Assembly (NCBI GenBank): GCA_034530875.2
Contig: JAVRCJ020000021.1
Location: forward strand, 1-64,000
DNA from: Nostoc sp. DedSLP01
GTDB lineage: Bacteria; Cyanobacteriota; Cyanobacteriia; Cyanobacteriales; Nostocaceae
Direction of reading: 5' to 3'
DNA: 64,000 nucleotides
Within the stretch, counting starts at the first letter, position 1; each line of letters starts with the position of its first letter. The notes beneath the pieces were generated by a model that saw only the letters and a program-made list of their open reading frames with translations, was not told the DNA's origin and ran no database searches. Both the position numbers and the translations under genes were made by a program. Of this stretch, positions 41,283 to 51,716 are shown one piece after another.

Positions 41283-43010
41283 TTAGCTTCTGAGGAGTTT
41301 CATTGACCAGATGATTGCTCTGGCTCCGAGGAGGCGTGAGTAGATTTGGCCTTGGTGGTTGTGGATGATGATGTCGGCGGTGGCGCTGCTGGAGGTTTTG
41401 GATTTGACTTCGCAGGAGACGTAGAAGGGTTCGTTTTGTGGTGTGGCTGCAAATTGTTCGTATTTTGCGACTTGTCCGGGTAAGCAACCTTCTTGATGGA
41501 AGTGTTGTGTCCAAACCCAAAGTGCGTGCATACTTAGGTCAGTTGTGTATGGGTTGACCCATTGGACTGGAAATTGTCCTTGTTGTTGGCGTGAGATTGG
41601 TTCCCACAAACATTGTGTGGTGATTTTTTCTGTGGTGATGTTTAAAACTTTTTCAATTTCTTGAAAAGCTTTGCCATGAAATAATGTAGCTTCTCCATTT
41701 TGATAAAAAGATTTACCAGTGAGAGTGATAATATTATCTGGTTCTAGATTAATTGCATCGTAAGTTGGGGATGTGGGTAATTCTAGTAAGAGTTGGATTT
41801 GGGCGCTGAAATGATAAAATGTTTTGCCAGCGAGATTTTTACTCGATATTTTGGTGTTGAATGTAATCTGTTGTCCGTTAGTTTTAGAAATTTCTTCGAC
41901 ATCTACAATATATTCATTTGCTAAAGTCTCGTTAAAAGTAATTCCTTTCAAAATTTTGAAATCTTGAGCAGCAAAAAATCTGTATCCTGGATAAAGTTGT
42001 TCGCAGTAATCAATCATCCATGATAGAGCGCATGTAGCGGGTAATACTGGAGAACCAGCGATTACATGATCTAATAAAAATGGATTTTCTTCTAATGTCA
42101 TGCGGCGGCGCAAACGATAGCTGCGGAGTTCGGAATCTAACTCTCTAGCTAATGGTACTAGGGGGCTACCAATGACGACTTGTGTATTGTCTTGATAGGC
42201 GGGATGCAATTCGTTGACTAACATTTTTGTTCCAGCTTCTACGGGAATTACTTCAACTCCTCGTTCGGCAAAAGCTTTTTTGAGTTCTGGTGACACCATG
42301 CCGCTGTCCCAAGCTCCCCAGTTAATTGCTACTACGTGACATAAGGGATATTGTTGTTTGAAAATATGGGCTGATTTATTGAGGATTTCATTGGCGATCG
42401 CATAGTCAGATTGACCAATGTTTCCGTAAAATCCTGTTACTGAAGAAAATAAAACTAAATGCTGAAGTTGATTAGGATTGATACAATCCAGTAGGTTTTC
42501 TAATCCTTTAACTTTGGCGGTATAAACTTTTTCAAAATCCTCTTCTGTTTTCTTTTCAATTAATTTATCGGCTAGATTTCCAGCGCCATGTATAATGCCT
42601 GTAATTGACCCCATACGTTGCACAGCATGAGCTAGTTTTTCTTGTAAAGCCTGTGTATCTGTAACATCAATGCTAATATATTCGGCTTTAGCTCCAGCTT
42701 TTTCAATTGCTGCGAGGGTCTTTTTAATTTCGCGGCTGGAGGAAATTTTGTTATATATTTTTTGCACATTCATGGGTGTGGGTTTCTCTCCTTGGGCAAG
42801 AAGATTTTCCATGATGCGTTTTTTCAATGCTGATTCTTCACAACCTTGGGCAAAATCTGGCTCGGTTTCTAATAGTTCAGAGCGACCGAGAAGGATAAAT
42901 TTACAGGGTTGTTGCTGGGCTAATTTGATAGTACACTCAGCCGTAATCCCTTTTGCACCGCCGCTAACGACAAAAACAGATGATGGACTAAGCTGGGCTG
43001 TTTGGGTCAT
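41283..43010 (-). CDS. hglG: HglG ketoreductase/dehydratase
   Basis: SGGAKGIT, HGAG, GQSDYAIANE and DH motif LLDHVIAGSPVLP. Confidence 0.88.
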   Translation of the reverse strand: MTQTAQLSPSSVFVVSGGAKGITAECTIKLAQQQPCKFILLGRSELLETEPDFAQGCEESALKKRIMENLLAQGEKPTPMNVQKIYNKISSSREIKKTLAAIEKAGAKAEYISIDVTDTQALQEKLAHAVQRMGSITGIIHGAGNLADKLIEKKTEEDFEKVYTAKVKGLENLLDCINPNQLQHLVLFSSVTGFYGNIGQSDYAIANEILNKSAHIFKQQYPLCHVVAINWGAWDSGMVSPELKKAFAERGVEVIPVEAGTKMLVNELHPAYQDNTQVVIGSPLVPLARELDSELRSYRLRRRMTLEENPFLLDHVIAGSPVLPATCALSWMIDYCEQLYPGYRFFAAQDFKILKGITFNETLANEYIVDVEEISKTNGQQITFNTKISSKNLAGKTFYHFSAQIQLLLELPTSPTYDAINLEPDNIITLTGKSFYQNGEATLFHGKAFQEIEKVLNITTEKITTQCLWEPISRQQQGQFPVQWVNPYTTDLSMHALWVWTQHFHQEGCLPGQVAKYEQFAATPQNEPFYVSCEVKSKTSSSATADIIIHNHQGQIYSRLLGARAIIWSMKLLRS

Positions 43011-43101
43011 AAATCCTCGTAAAAAAATGTATAAATTTGTTTTTTTTACTCTGCGCCTCTGGGAATCTCACGCAGAGACGCAGAGGTGCAGAGAGGAGGG
43101 A

Positions 43102-46100
43102 TTAGCCGCCTACTTTTGGATTGGCGATTAAGGTGACTCGTCCTTGTGAGCCGTAGGCAACTTCGCCGATATAAAGATTGGGGTCGTGGAGTTCGGCGAT
43201 AATGTGGTTTGCTGACTGTTCGGGGTCAATTTTGGGGCTGAGGTCGATCGCCCGTGTAAAGACTTTTGGCCATTCCCATCTCAGGGTTTTGGTTAATCCG
43301 AATAAACCAGCGCCGATCGCTCCAAACTTAACTTTGTAATCTAAACCGAAAGCACCATCTAAATGAGCGACTGTGCAAAAACAACTACGTCCATGTTGTG
43401 CGGCTTCGGTGAGGGAGGGTTTCAGGTGTTTCGCCATCAAGAATACGTGCTTGACGATCGCCTTTTCCTGTTCGATGTAGGGAATTGTTCCGCTGTTATT
43501 GACTGCGAAAACGGGATGTAGATGGATGAAAGCCCCAACCTTACCGCAGTGAGTAGCGATCGCTTGTAGTTGTTGTTGCAGATGTTCTTCGCTCAAGTTT
43601 GCCAAGGTGACGCGGGTTACTCCTGCGGGTAAGGGCGATTGTTGGGGAATCAAGGATTGCGGAAAACTGATAACTACTACTTTTGAGCCTTGGGCGATTA
43701 GGGATTCAGTTAATTTGGAAGTAGTGAGGGAACCATCATCGGTAATTAAAGTGATGTGTCCCTCTGGTAACGTGAAATCCAAGTAATCTGGTTTTGGTAG
43801 GCTTCTGAGTTTGGCGGGATAGCGTTGGATACTAGACTCTAATTCCGGTGGCTGCTGGACAAACTCAGACTCATACTTTTTTTTTTCACCTCCAGCTAGC
43901 TGCTGTAGGTAATCAACTATTTGACCGATGGTGCGGAGTTCTCCCAGTTCCTCTATATTCGGTTTGGGTAAGTTGGGGTACATTTCCTGCATCGCCCCTA
44001 AGATTTCTACCCGTTTGATGGAGTCAATCCCTAAATCGGCTTCCATGTCCATTTCTAGTTCCAGCATTTCCACCGGGTAGCCAGTTTTATCACTGGTGAT
44101 GGCTAGTAGGGTTTGGGCTAAATCTGGAAATTCATTAGTTGCGGCTGCGGGTTCTGCTTCTGGTTGCGGAGTGAATGCAACAACTACGCTGACTTCTGGT
44201 GTAACTTCTGCTGGAGTCTCAACTACTTGTTGTACTTCCGGTGCTGGAGTTTCTACTGGTTGTTGTACTTCGTGAATTACAACTTCTACAGAAACGCTTT
44301 TAGAAGCAAAGGATTGCAGATATTCTACAACTTGACCGATGGTACGCTTTTCTGCCAGTTCTTCTAAGTTGGGCTTGGGTAGATTGGGATACATTTCTTG
44401 TAACGCTCCCAAGATTTCCACCCGTTTGATGGAGTCAATCCCTAAGTCTGCTTCCATGTCCATATCCATTTCCAGCATTTCTACCGGGTAGCCAGTCTTA
44501 TCGCTGGTGATGGCTAGGAGGTTTTTATCCAAGTCAACAATATCAATGGTTGCATTGGGGACTGGGGATTGGGGACTGGGGATTGGGGACTGGGGACTGG
44601 GGACTGGGGACTGGGGAGTTTCAACTACAGCCTCTACTATTTGGGGAGTGGGAAGTACGGGGGTTTCGACTACAGGCTGTACTATTTGGGGGAGTACTGG
44701 AGTTTCAACTACAGGCTGCACTAGTTGAGGCAGTACCGGAGTTTCGATTACAGGCTCTACTACCTTGGGAGCAGGGAGGGGTGCTTGGGTGTGTGTTGAG
44801 CCGTTGCCGTTTTTCGCTACTGGCTCAGTTACGGGTGAGGGTAAAGCTTCTACTATTTTGGTAGTAGGAGGTACTGGTGCTTCTTCGGTGACAGTTGTTT
44901 GTGTGGTGAAGGGGATGAAATGATGTGCTGCACCGTTGCTGAGTTTCTCTGTGAGTTGAGTCGCTCCATCTTCTGAGATGATTTGAGAATACTCTTGCTG
45001 TATGAGTTGGAAAAAGTTTTTTGTATATTCCAGTTGCTCTTTAAGATATTGCTCGTGGATGCGTAGGGTTTCACCTTGTTGGGAGTGAAACTGCATCATG
45101 CTGCGTTCCAAGCTTTCCATGACAACTTGTTTCAGCTTGGTGGTTTCGGCTGTAGATTTACTTTCACTCAACAGTGCATTTTGTTGCTGCATCAGTTGGA
45201 AAAACGCTTTGGCGTATTCCATTTGATGGTTGAGATAAGCTCCGTGAACTTGTAAATTCTCAGATTGATTTTGCTGAAACTGTGTCAGGAGATATTCTAA
45301 ACTTTCTAAAAGTTGTTGGTAATTTGTCAGTTTTTCGGGTGTTGGTTGCATCTTAGATTCCTGGGCTGGTTGACTTAAAAGGGTCACAGGACTCATTTGC
45401 TGCTCTGGTTGGGTAGCGATATGAGAAGTCACACCGTTCATTGATGGGGTAGCGATAGGGGGTGTTTTTTTATGTCCGTTAGTCTCTGTGGTTGGCAGAG
45501 TTCGAGCCACATCTAGGCTGGTAAATAAAGGAGCCGCAGTTTCAGAAGGGATGGGCTGATTTGGTTTCGCTGAATTTTCAGATGAAACAGCAGGTAATGT
45601 AACTTTGTGTCCGTTTTGCAAAGCTTGGGCGAAGGCGTTTTTGGTTTTTTCGGATCTGTAGTTGATGCCGTTTAAACGTACATTTATAGCCTTCTTCTGC
45701 TCAATTGCAGGTATGGTTTGGGGAACTTGGTAGGGGTCGAGGTTACTCAAAGCCATACCGATTACCCGCAACTGTACAACTGCTTCCCGCAAGGAACGAT
45801 CGCTATTTTTCTGAGTACTAGGGTTCAAAGCTACGGTAAGATGCGGGCGATCGCCAAGAATTTCTTTTACTAAGTTGGTCAAAATTCTCCTCGGCCCGAA
45901 TTCCACGAAGCAAGTACCACCTGCTGCATAGATGCTTTCAATTTCCTGCTTAAACAGCACGGAATTAGAAAGGTGCGTTTCGAGGATTTTTTGAATCGCT
46001 TGCGGTTCTTTGGGATACTGTTTGCTGGTAACGTTGCTGTAAACCGGGATTTTGGGACTTTGGAATTTAACAGACTTGGTAGCGATCGCAAATGATTTTT

Positions 46101-48639
46101 GAGCAAAGGCAATCAACGGTGTGTGGAATGCTGCCGATACGGGCAACAATACAGCCGTATATCCTTTGTCTTGTAAAGCCTGACGGACTTTGGCGATTTC
46201 TGCGGTGGGCCCGGCCAAGACATATTGATTTGGCGAATTTTGATTGGCGATCGCAACTTGGGGAAAATATTTCAGTACTGCTTCCACTTTGCTGATGTCT
46301 TCTTTGACAGCCAGCATACTACCTGCATCGTGGTCTGGGTCTTCCGGTGCCGCCATTGCTTGACCCCTAGCTTTCACCAAGAACAAGTAATCTTCGGTAG
46401 TCAAAACTCCCGCAGCCCACAATGCTGTGATTTCTCCAAAGCTGTGACCGGCAACAAAATCGGATCTAAATCCAGCTTGTTGCAGTATGGTGTACATCCC
46501 TGCACTCAACACCCCGATGGCTGGTTGAGCGTATTCTGTGCGTTGTAGGGCGGCAATTTGGGCATTTTTCTCTGCCTCTTCAAACACAGGATGGGGAAAA
46601 ACGATTTCTGATAGCGGCTGCAAGTTATCTTTGAGCAACAGGCTATCCATATAGCCATGCAAACGCTGCATGACTGGGAAATTCATCGCTAATTCCCGTC
46701 CCATTTCCAAGTATTGAGAACCTTGGCCGGAAAACAAAGCGACGACTTTTCCACCCAATTCCATACCAGAAGCCCGGTAATAAATCCCTTGGGGATGTTC
46801 CCAAGATGCTGCTGACCCTTTGTTTTTCAGCCAGTCAATGCTAACTTGCAGTAATTTGCAAGCTTCTTCGAGGTTCTGTGCCACAAATCCGAATCTGGCA
46901 GCAGCAAGGGGAATCTCTAGAGTTTTGCACTCATTGACTAATTTTGCATAATGTGCATTCGCTTCTGGCGATACTCCTCCGGAGTCACTTCGTGAACGCA
47001 ATTTAGCTAAAAGGTCTTCAGATTTAGCCAGCAATTGGGACGGCGTAGCAGCAAACACCAGCACTTCATTAGCGCCACCGTGTAAGCGGTAGCCGTGGTT
47101 TTGGTCAGCTTGATATTCTTCTAAAACGACGTGATAGTTAGTACCGCCAAAGCCGAAGGAACTTACACCTGCGCGTCTTGGCGCTTCGCCTTCAGCACGA
47201 ATCCAAGGTCTAGTTTCGGTATTCAAATAAAAGGCGGAATTTTTAATATTAAGTTTGGGGTTCGGCTCAGTAATATTAATTGTCGGCGGTAATACTTTGT
47301 GATGTAGCGCCAAAGCCGTTTTAATCAAACTCGCCGCACCCGCAGCCGCTTTGGTGTGTCCGATTTGAGATTTCACGCTACCCAAAGCAATATGCTGCTT
47401 TTTCGAGTCATGCAGAGCAAAAAAGTCCTGCAAAGAACCGAATTCTGTCGGGTCTCCAGCCATTGTGCCGGTGCCATGTGCTTCCATCAAACCAATGGTA
47501 GCGGGAGAAAAACCTGCATCTTCGTAAGCACGTTCTAAGGCTTTGACTTGGCCTTCCTTGCGGGGAGCATAAATACTCTTGTAGCGTCCATCGCTGGAGG
47601 TACCAATGCCTTTAATAACTGCATAGATTTTATCGCCATCCCTTTGTGCATCTTCCAGACGCTTGAGAACAATCATGCAGATACCTTCACCCAGCATCAT
47701 CCCATCGGATTTAGCATCGAAAGGTTTGACATTTTCACCAGGAGAAACGGCTGGTGTTTTGCTGAAAGATATGTAAGCCATGATGGTGTTATCGGTGTCA
47801 ACGCCACCAGTCAGCATTATGTCAGAACGATATTCGACTAGTTCGCTAATTGCCAGTTTTAAAGCACCGAAGGAACTAGCACAAGCGGCATCAACTACAC
47901 AGTTCATCCCGCCAAAGTTGAGACGATTGGCAATTCTACCCGCGACTACGTTAGCCAGCATTCCGGGGAAAGCGTTTTCGTCCCATTTCACATAAGCACT
48001 TTTGATTTTTTCGACGATTTTTTGTGTATCTTCGTCAGATAAACCGCTACTTTTGAGCGCCTTTTCCCAAATAGGATATTCTAACCTGGCAGAAAGCGGC
48101 ATTCCTAACTGCTTGGCCATAGCTACGCCTAAAATTACCCCAACCATTTCGCGGTTGAATTCGCGTTGTTCGCCATAGCCAGCATCTTCCATCGCTTCTT
48201 TTGCAACTACTAAACTTAATAGTTGCGATACATCTGTAACCTCTAAAATGCTGGGTGGAATGCCGAATTCCATCGGGTTAAAATCTACCTCTGGAATAAA
48301 TCCGCCTCTTTTACAATAAGTTTTATCTTCAGGGGTTCTGGGATTTGGATCGTAATAATCTTCGACGCTCCAGTGGGTGGAAGGGACATCAGTAATACAA
48401 TCAATTTTATTTACTATATTTTGCCAATATTCCCGTAAATTTCTGGCTTGAGGTAATAGAGAAGCCATGCCAACAATGGCGATAGGATTGTGTTGTAATT
48501 GTCTGTTAAGTTTGTTGATTGACACTGGTTTTCCTGAACTCATCTTTTTTTCCTCTATAGACCTAATCACAGCCTTTTCGCAATTATTAATCAGGCTCTC
48601 TAACTCTGCTAAGGCAGTATCAATTGAATGAGCAGACAT
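43102..48639 (-). CDS. hglE: HglE polyketide synthase (KS-AT-ACP-ACP plus KR-structural C-terminal domain)
   Basis: DAACASS, HGTGT, GHTKAAAG, AT motif GHSFG and two ACPs LGIDSIKRVEI. Confidence 0.92.
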   Translation of the reverse strand: MSAHSIDTALAELESLINNCEKAVIRSIEEKKMSSGKPVSINKLNRQLQHNPIAIVGMASLLPQARNLREYWQNIVNKIDCITDVPSTHWSVEDYYDPNPRTPEDKTYCKRGGFIPEVDFNPMEFGIPPSILEVTDVSQLLSLVVAKEAMEDAGYGEQREFNREMVGVILGVAMAKQLGMPLSARLEYPIWEKALKSSGLSDEDTQKIVEKIKSAYVKWDENAFPGMLANVVAGRIANRLNFGGMNCVVDAACASSFGALKLAISELVEYRSDIMLTGGVDTDNTIMAYISFSKTPAVSPGENVKPFDAKSDGMMLGEGICMIVLKRLEDAQRDGDKIYAVIKGIGTSSDGRYKSIYAPRKEGQVKALERAYEDAGFSPATIGLMEAHGTGTMAGDPTEFGSLQDFFALHDSKKQHIALGSVKSQIGHTKAAAGAASLIKTALALHHKVLPPTINITEPNPKLNIKNSAFYLNTETRPWIRAEGEAPRRAGVSSFGFGGTNYHVVLEEYQADQNHGYRLHGGANEVLVFAATPSQLLAKSEDLLAKLRSRSDSGGVSPEANAHYAKLVNECKTLEIPLAAARFGFVAQNLEEACKLLQVSIDWLKNKGSAASWEHPQGIYYRASGMELGGKVVALFSGQGSQYLEMGRELAMNFPVMQRLHGYMDSLLLKDNLQPLSEIVFPHPVFEEAEKNAQIAALQRTEYAQPAIGVLSAGMYTILQQAGFRSDFVAGHSFGEITALWAAGVLTTEDYLFLVKARGQAMAAPEDPDHDAGSMLAVKEDISKVEAVLKYFPQVAIANQNSPNQYVLAGPTAEIAKVRQALQDKGYTAVLLPVSAAFHTPLIAFAQKSFAIATKSVKFQSPKIPVYSNVTSKQYPKEPQAIQKILETHLSNSVLFKQEIESIYAAGGTCFVEFGPRRILTNLVKEILGDRPHLTVALNPSTQKNSDRSLREAVVQLRVIGMALSNLDPYQVPQTIPAIEQKKAINVRLNGINYRSEKTKNAFAQALQNGHKVTLPAVSSENSAKPNQPIPSETAAPLFTSLDVARTLPTTETNGHKKTPPIATPSMNGVTSHIATQPEQQMSPVTLLSQPAQESKMQPTPEKLTNYQQLLESLEYLLTQFQQNQSENLQVHGAYLNHQMEYAKAFFQLMQQQNALLSESKSTAETTKLKQVVMESLERSMMQFHSQQGETLRIHEQYLKEQLEYTKNFFQLIQQEYSQIISEDGATQLTEKLSNGAAHHFIPFTTQTTVTEEAPVPPTTKIVEALPSPVTEPVAKNGNGSTHTQAPLPAPKVVEPVIETPVLPQLVQPVVETPVLPQIVQPVVETPVLPTPQIVEAVVETPQSPVPSPQSPIPSPQSPVPNATIDIVDLDKNLLAITSDKTGYPVEMLEMDMDMEADLGIDSIKRVEILGALQEMYPNLPKPNLEELAEKRTIGQVVEYLQSFASKSVSVEVVIHEVQQPVETPAPEVQQVVETPAEVTPEVSVVVAFTPQPEAEPAAATNEFPDLAQTLLAITSDKTGYPVEMLELEMDMEADLGIDSIKRVEILGAMQEMYPNLPKPNIEELGELRTIGQIVDYLQQLAGGEKKKYESEFVQQPPELESSIQRYPAKLRSLPKPDYLDFTLPEGHITLITDDGSLTTSKLTESLIAQGSKVVVISFPQSLIPQQSPLPAGVTRVTLANLSEEHLQQQLQAIATHCGKVGAFIHLHPVFAVNNSGTIPYIEQEKAIVKHVFLMAKHLKPSLTEAAQHGRSCFCTVAHLDGAFGLDYKVKFGAIGAGLFGLTKTLRWEWPKVFTRAIDLSPKIDPEQSANHIIAELHDPNLYIGEVAYGSQGRVTLIANPKVGG
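44556..44618 (-). repeat. STRR heptamer array (TGGGGAY x9) inside hglE, in frame
   Basis: Nine 7-bp units make 63 bp, encoding the P/S/Q linker before ACP1. Confidence 0.9.
44620..44765 (-). repeat. 39-bp (13-aa) tandem repeat in the hglE linker
   Basis: TACAGGCT at 44671, 44710 and 44749, encoding xVQPVVETPVLPQ. Confidence 0.85.
46973..46996. mobile_element. 24-nt small dispersed repeat inserted into a HIP1 site in hglE
   Basis: GCGAT[ACTCCTCCGGAGTCACTTCGTGAA]CGC. A related 24-mer is at 6550-6573. Confidence 0.75.
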
Positions 48640-50037
48640 AGGGCATAGTGAGTACTGTGGATTGCGTAGATACAGTAATTTCTGTTGCCTACTAATTAAT
48701 GAAAATCTCTTGTCTTGTCAGCAATTAGCGATATTAATCTGCACTAATTACTTTTCTCCCAATCAACACCACACGACATACTGCCCTAATAAAGCCTTAG
48801 GTTTACAGGCAATTTTGGCTCACAGCATCGTGTAAAAATGTTATGCAACGCTTGGTTCTTGAAATTGTGGCGATCGCTCAACCAATTTGGTGTCTTTTAG
48901 ATTTGCAATTTGAGATTTGTTTTACCTACAAAAATTCGGTCAAAATGCAAAATGCCAATGATAGTTAATACTCTAAACAAGGGTATCCTGCTGAACAGTA
49001 GAAATTGAAGAGTAGCTAAGAGAACAGAAACGCTGTTGTTGACCGCAATAGTTTGATTATCAGTCCTAAACGTCATAATGTAGCTGGTATTAATGACAAC
49101 GTTCTGTCTCTTAATAAATGTCATAGCCAGTTTCAACGTCCAGGATAATACATTTTATGGGATTCGACCGAGAAAAGTTGATAAGTTGGTTACAGAAAAC
49201 ATCACCTTTTATCCGAATTTATGCAATGTAAAAAAGTAATAAAACATTCAGAAGGTGATTACCAAGCAGTTAGATTTAGTTATTTCTACGTTCAAAAACT
49301 TAATTAAATAACTAATTTACCTCACAGCTTTTTAGCATTGAATTAATAAAGACAATAACATACTTTATAGAAACTAAATGATTGCTTTAAACTTTTTTTA
49401 TAAACAAGTAGATTCTTGTTAATATATATTTTGTCTAAAATTACCTGTTTGAGTATCATTCCTAACTATAAAATCTTTAGCCAACAGAATTACCTTAGGT
49501 TTCAATGGCAGTTGCCTCTAAAAGTAGCAGTATCAATTTTTTATTTAATAGTTGAAAAATACATAGATACATTGATAAACAAGAAAGTTGTAAGTATTTT
49601 ATTCAGGAAAATATCATAATTTAACTCATGTTTTTCATGGTTTATTAATATAAATGTAAATAAAAAACGAAATAGTTATCTATAAAGCAATTGTTAATTT
49701 TCAATATGTTGATAGCAAACATAATTTAATACCCTGATTGTTGCCAATTAAGAGGTTTTTATGAAAAAGAAGAATAATGTTTTACGTTACACAGCATTAA
49801 GAATAAGAATTTGCTAAAATTTTTAGAGAGCAGCCATCATTTAACATTCTCAAAAATTCAATTGCGAACTAACTGCAAAAAATATAATAACGAACAAATT
49901 AAAATTAATCGCTAGTTAAACAGTTGACAAATTAGAAATTTATATTCATACTTAATAGCAAGGCTATTCAAGTTTTTTTGAGTTGATTTTTCGCGCTTCA
50001 TTTTTGTTGATAGTTAAGTTTTCTGGTTAGCGCTATT

Positions 50038-50051
50038 GTATTTTACGTTAC
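50038..50051 (+). promoter_or_regulatory. putative NtcA-binding site upstream of hgdB
   Basis: GTA-TTTTACGT-TAC (GTAN8TAC) with a -10-like TATAAC 22 nt downstream. Confidence 0.5.
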
Positions 50052-50430
50052 TAGATTCGAGGGCAAATGGCGATATAACTAAAGAAGCTTTCAAGTAACG
50101 CTACCATAAGAATCCAGAAGTTCAGAATTCAGAATAGACTACGCCCCGCTGTGCTAAAAAAATTCAGAAATCAGAGTTCGCACAGACTCTTAGCGGTAGT
50201 TTCCGCCATTGGTGCAGTTCACCCCAAGCATCAGAAGTTTGGAGAGTAAAAAAGTTAAAGCATCAGGAAAATATTTGATTAATCAATATACCAACGATAC
50301 TAAACTCCTTCTTAATTTAGAATTCTGACTCCTGAATTCAGAATTCTAAATTCTGAGTTCTGAATTCTTAGCCGTTATCGATTAAATATAGCCATTTCAG
50401 CTATCCCCTATTAAGAATTGGAATGAAAAT

Positions 50431-51639
50431 ATGGCAGTAAATAAAGAAAGCCGATTATTTACAAAACCCGTTGTCCGATCGCGAGTAATTTTAGCAGCTT
50501 CTATCACTTTAGCGGCTGGATTGATAAGTTTATACAGTTTTGCAACGTTTTGGCCGAAAACTAAAGTTGAGACACCAGCAGCGAATCCTCCAAAAGCAAC
50601 TACCCCGACAAAAATTGCTGTCACAGCCTTAGGACGTTTGCAGCCAGACGGTGAAGTGACTTCCTTAAATGCTCCCAATGCTAATAATGGCGTGCGAGTT
50701 GAAAAACTCTTAATCAAGGAAGGAGAGACAGTTAGGGCTGGTCAAGTATTAGCGTATCTAGAAACTTACGGCCGCGCTAAAACTGCTTTGCAGCAAGCTG
50801 TAGACCAACTGCAAGTTAGCAGAGCTAAACTAGCACAGGTAAAATCTGGGGCCAAAACTGGAGACATCGACGCGCAAAAAGCAGCGATCGCGAGTTTAGA
50901 GTCACAATATAAAGGAGACATTGCTACCCAAGAAGCAACAATTGCCCGCGTCCAGGCTCAGGTAGATAACGCTCAAGCTGAGAACGATCGCTATCAGCAA
51001 TTATATAAACAAGGTGCGATCGCAGCTTCCGTAGCAGACAGCAAAGCATTGCAACTCAAAACCACACAACAGCAACTCACAGAAGCCCAAGCCGCCAAAC
51101 AACGTACCGAAGATACATACCAAGAACAACTCAAGCAAGCACAAGCCCAACTCAAGAGTATTAGCGAAGTGCGTAGCGTAGACGTTCAAGTTGCACAAAC
51201 TGAAATCAACAGTGCAACCACTTCCGTTCAACAAGCAAAAGCAGACTTGGATTTGAGTTACATAAAATCTCCCATCAATGGCAAAATCTTGAAAATTCAC
51301 GCCAAAACCGGAGAAGTCATCAGCACCACCACAGGATTTGCTGAGATAGGTAAAACATCGCAAATGAATGTAATTGCAGAGGTGTATCAAACCGACGTTC
51401 AAAAAGTGCGCGTCGGACAAAAAGCCACCATCACCAGCCCTGCATTTATTGGAACATTAAAAGGAACCGTCAAAGAAATTGGCTGGCAAGTTGACAAACA
51501 AAGTATTTTCAGCCTCAACCCAGGCTCAGACACAGACCGCAGAATAGTTGAAGTCAAAATCTCCATCGATAACCCCGCAGACAGCGAAAGAGTAGCGCGT
51601 TTAACCAACTTACAAGTAGATGTTGCCATACAGATTTAG
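50431..51639 (+). CDS. hgdB: DevB-family membrane fusion protein HgdB
   Basis: VTALGRLQP, coiled coil, AEVYQTD and LTNLQVDVAI. Divergent from hglE. Confidence 0.88.
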   Translation: MAVNKESRLFTKPVVRSRVILAASITLAAGLISLYSFATFWPKTKVETPAANPPKATTPTKIAVTALGRLQPDGEVTSLNAPNANNGVRVEKLLIKEGETVRAGQVLAYLETYGRAKTALQQAVDQLQVSRAKLAQVKSGAKTGDIDAQKAAIASLESQYKGDIATQEATIARVQAQVDNAQAENDRYQQLYKQGAIAASVADSKALQLKTTQQQLTEAQAAKQRTEDTYQEQLKQAQAQLKSISEVRSVDVQVAQTEINSATTSVQQAKADLDLSYIKSPINGKILKIHAKTGEVISTTTGFAEIGKTSQMNVIAEVYQTDVQKVRVGQKATITSPAFIGTLKGTVKEIGWQVDKQSIFSLNPGSDTDRRIVEVKISIDNPADSERVARLTNLQVDVAIQI

Positions 51640-51716
51640 TCTAGAGCATTGGGCACTCCTAAATCTTGTACAGACGCGATTCATCGCGTCTCTAATGATT
51701 AACAACAAATAAATTT

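Noticed and set aside
48897..49619. Short ORFs (79 aa and 67 aa) in the hglE-hgdB spacer
   Set aside because: They have TTG starts, AT-rich composition and no recognisable motifs.
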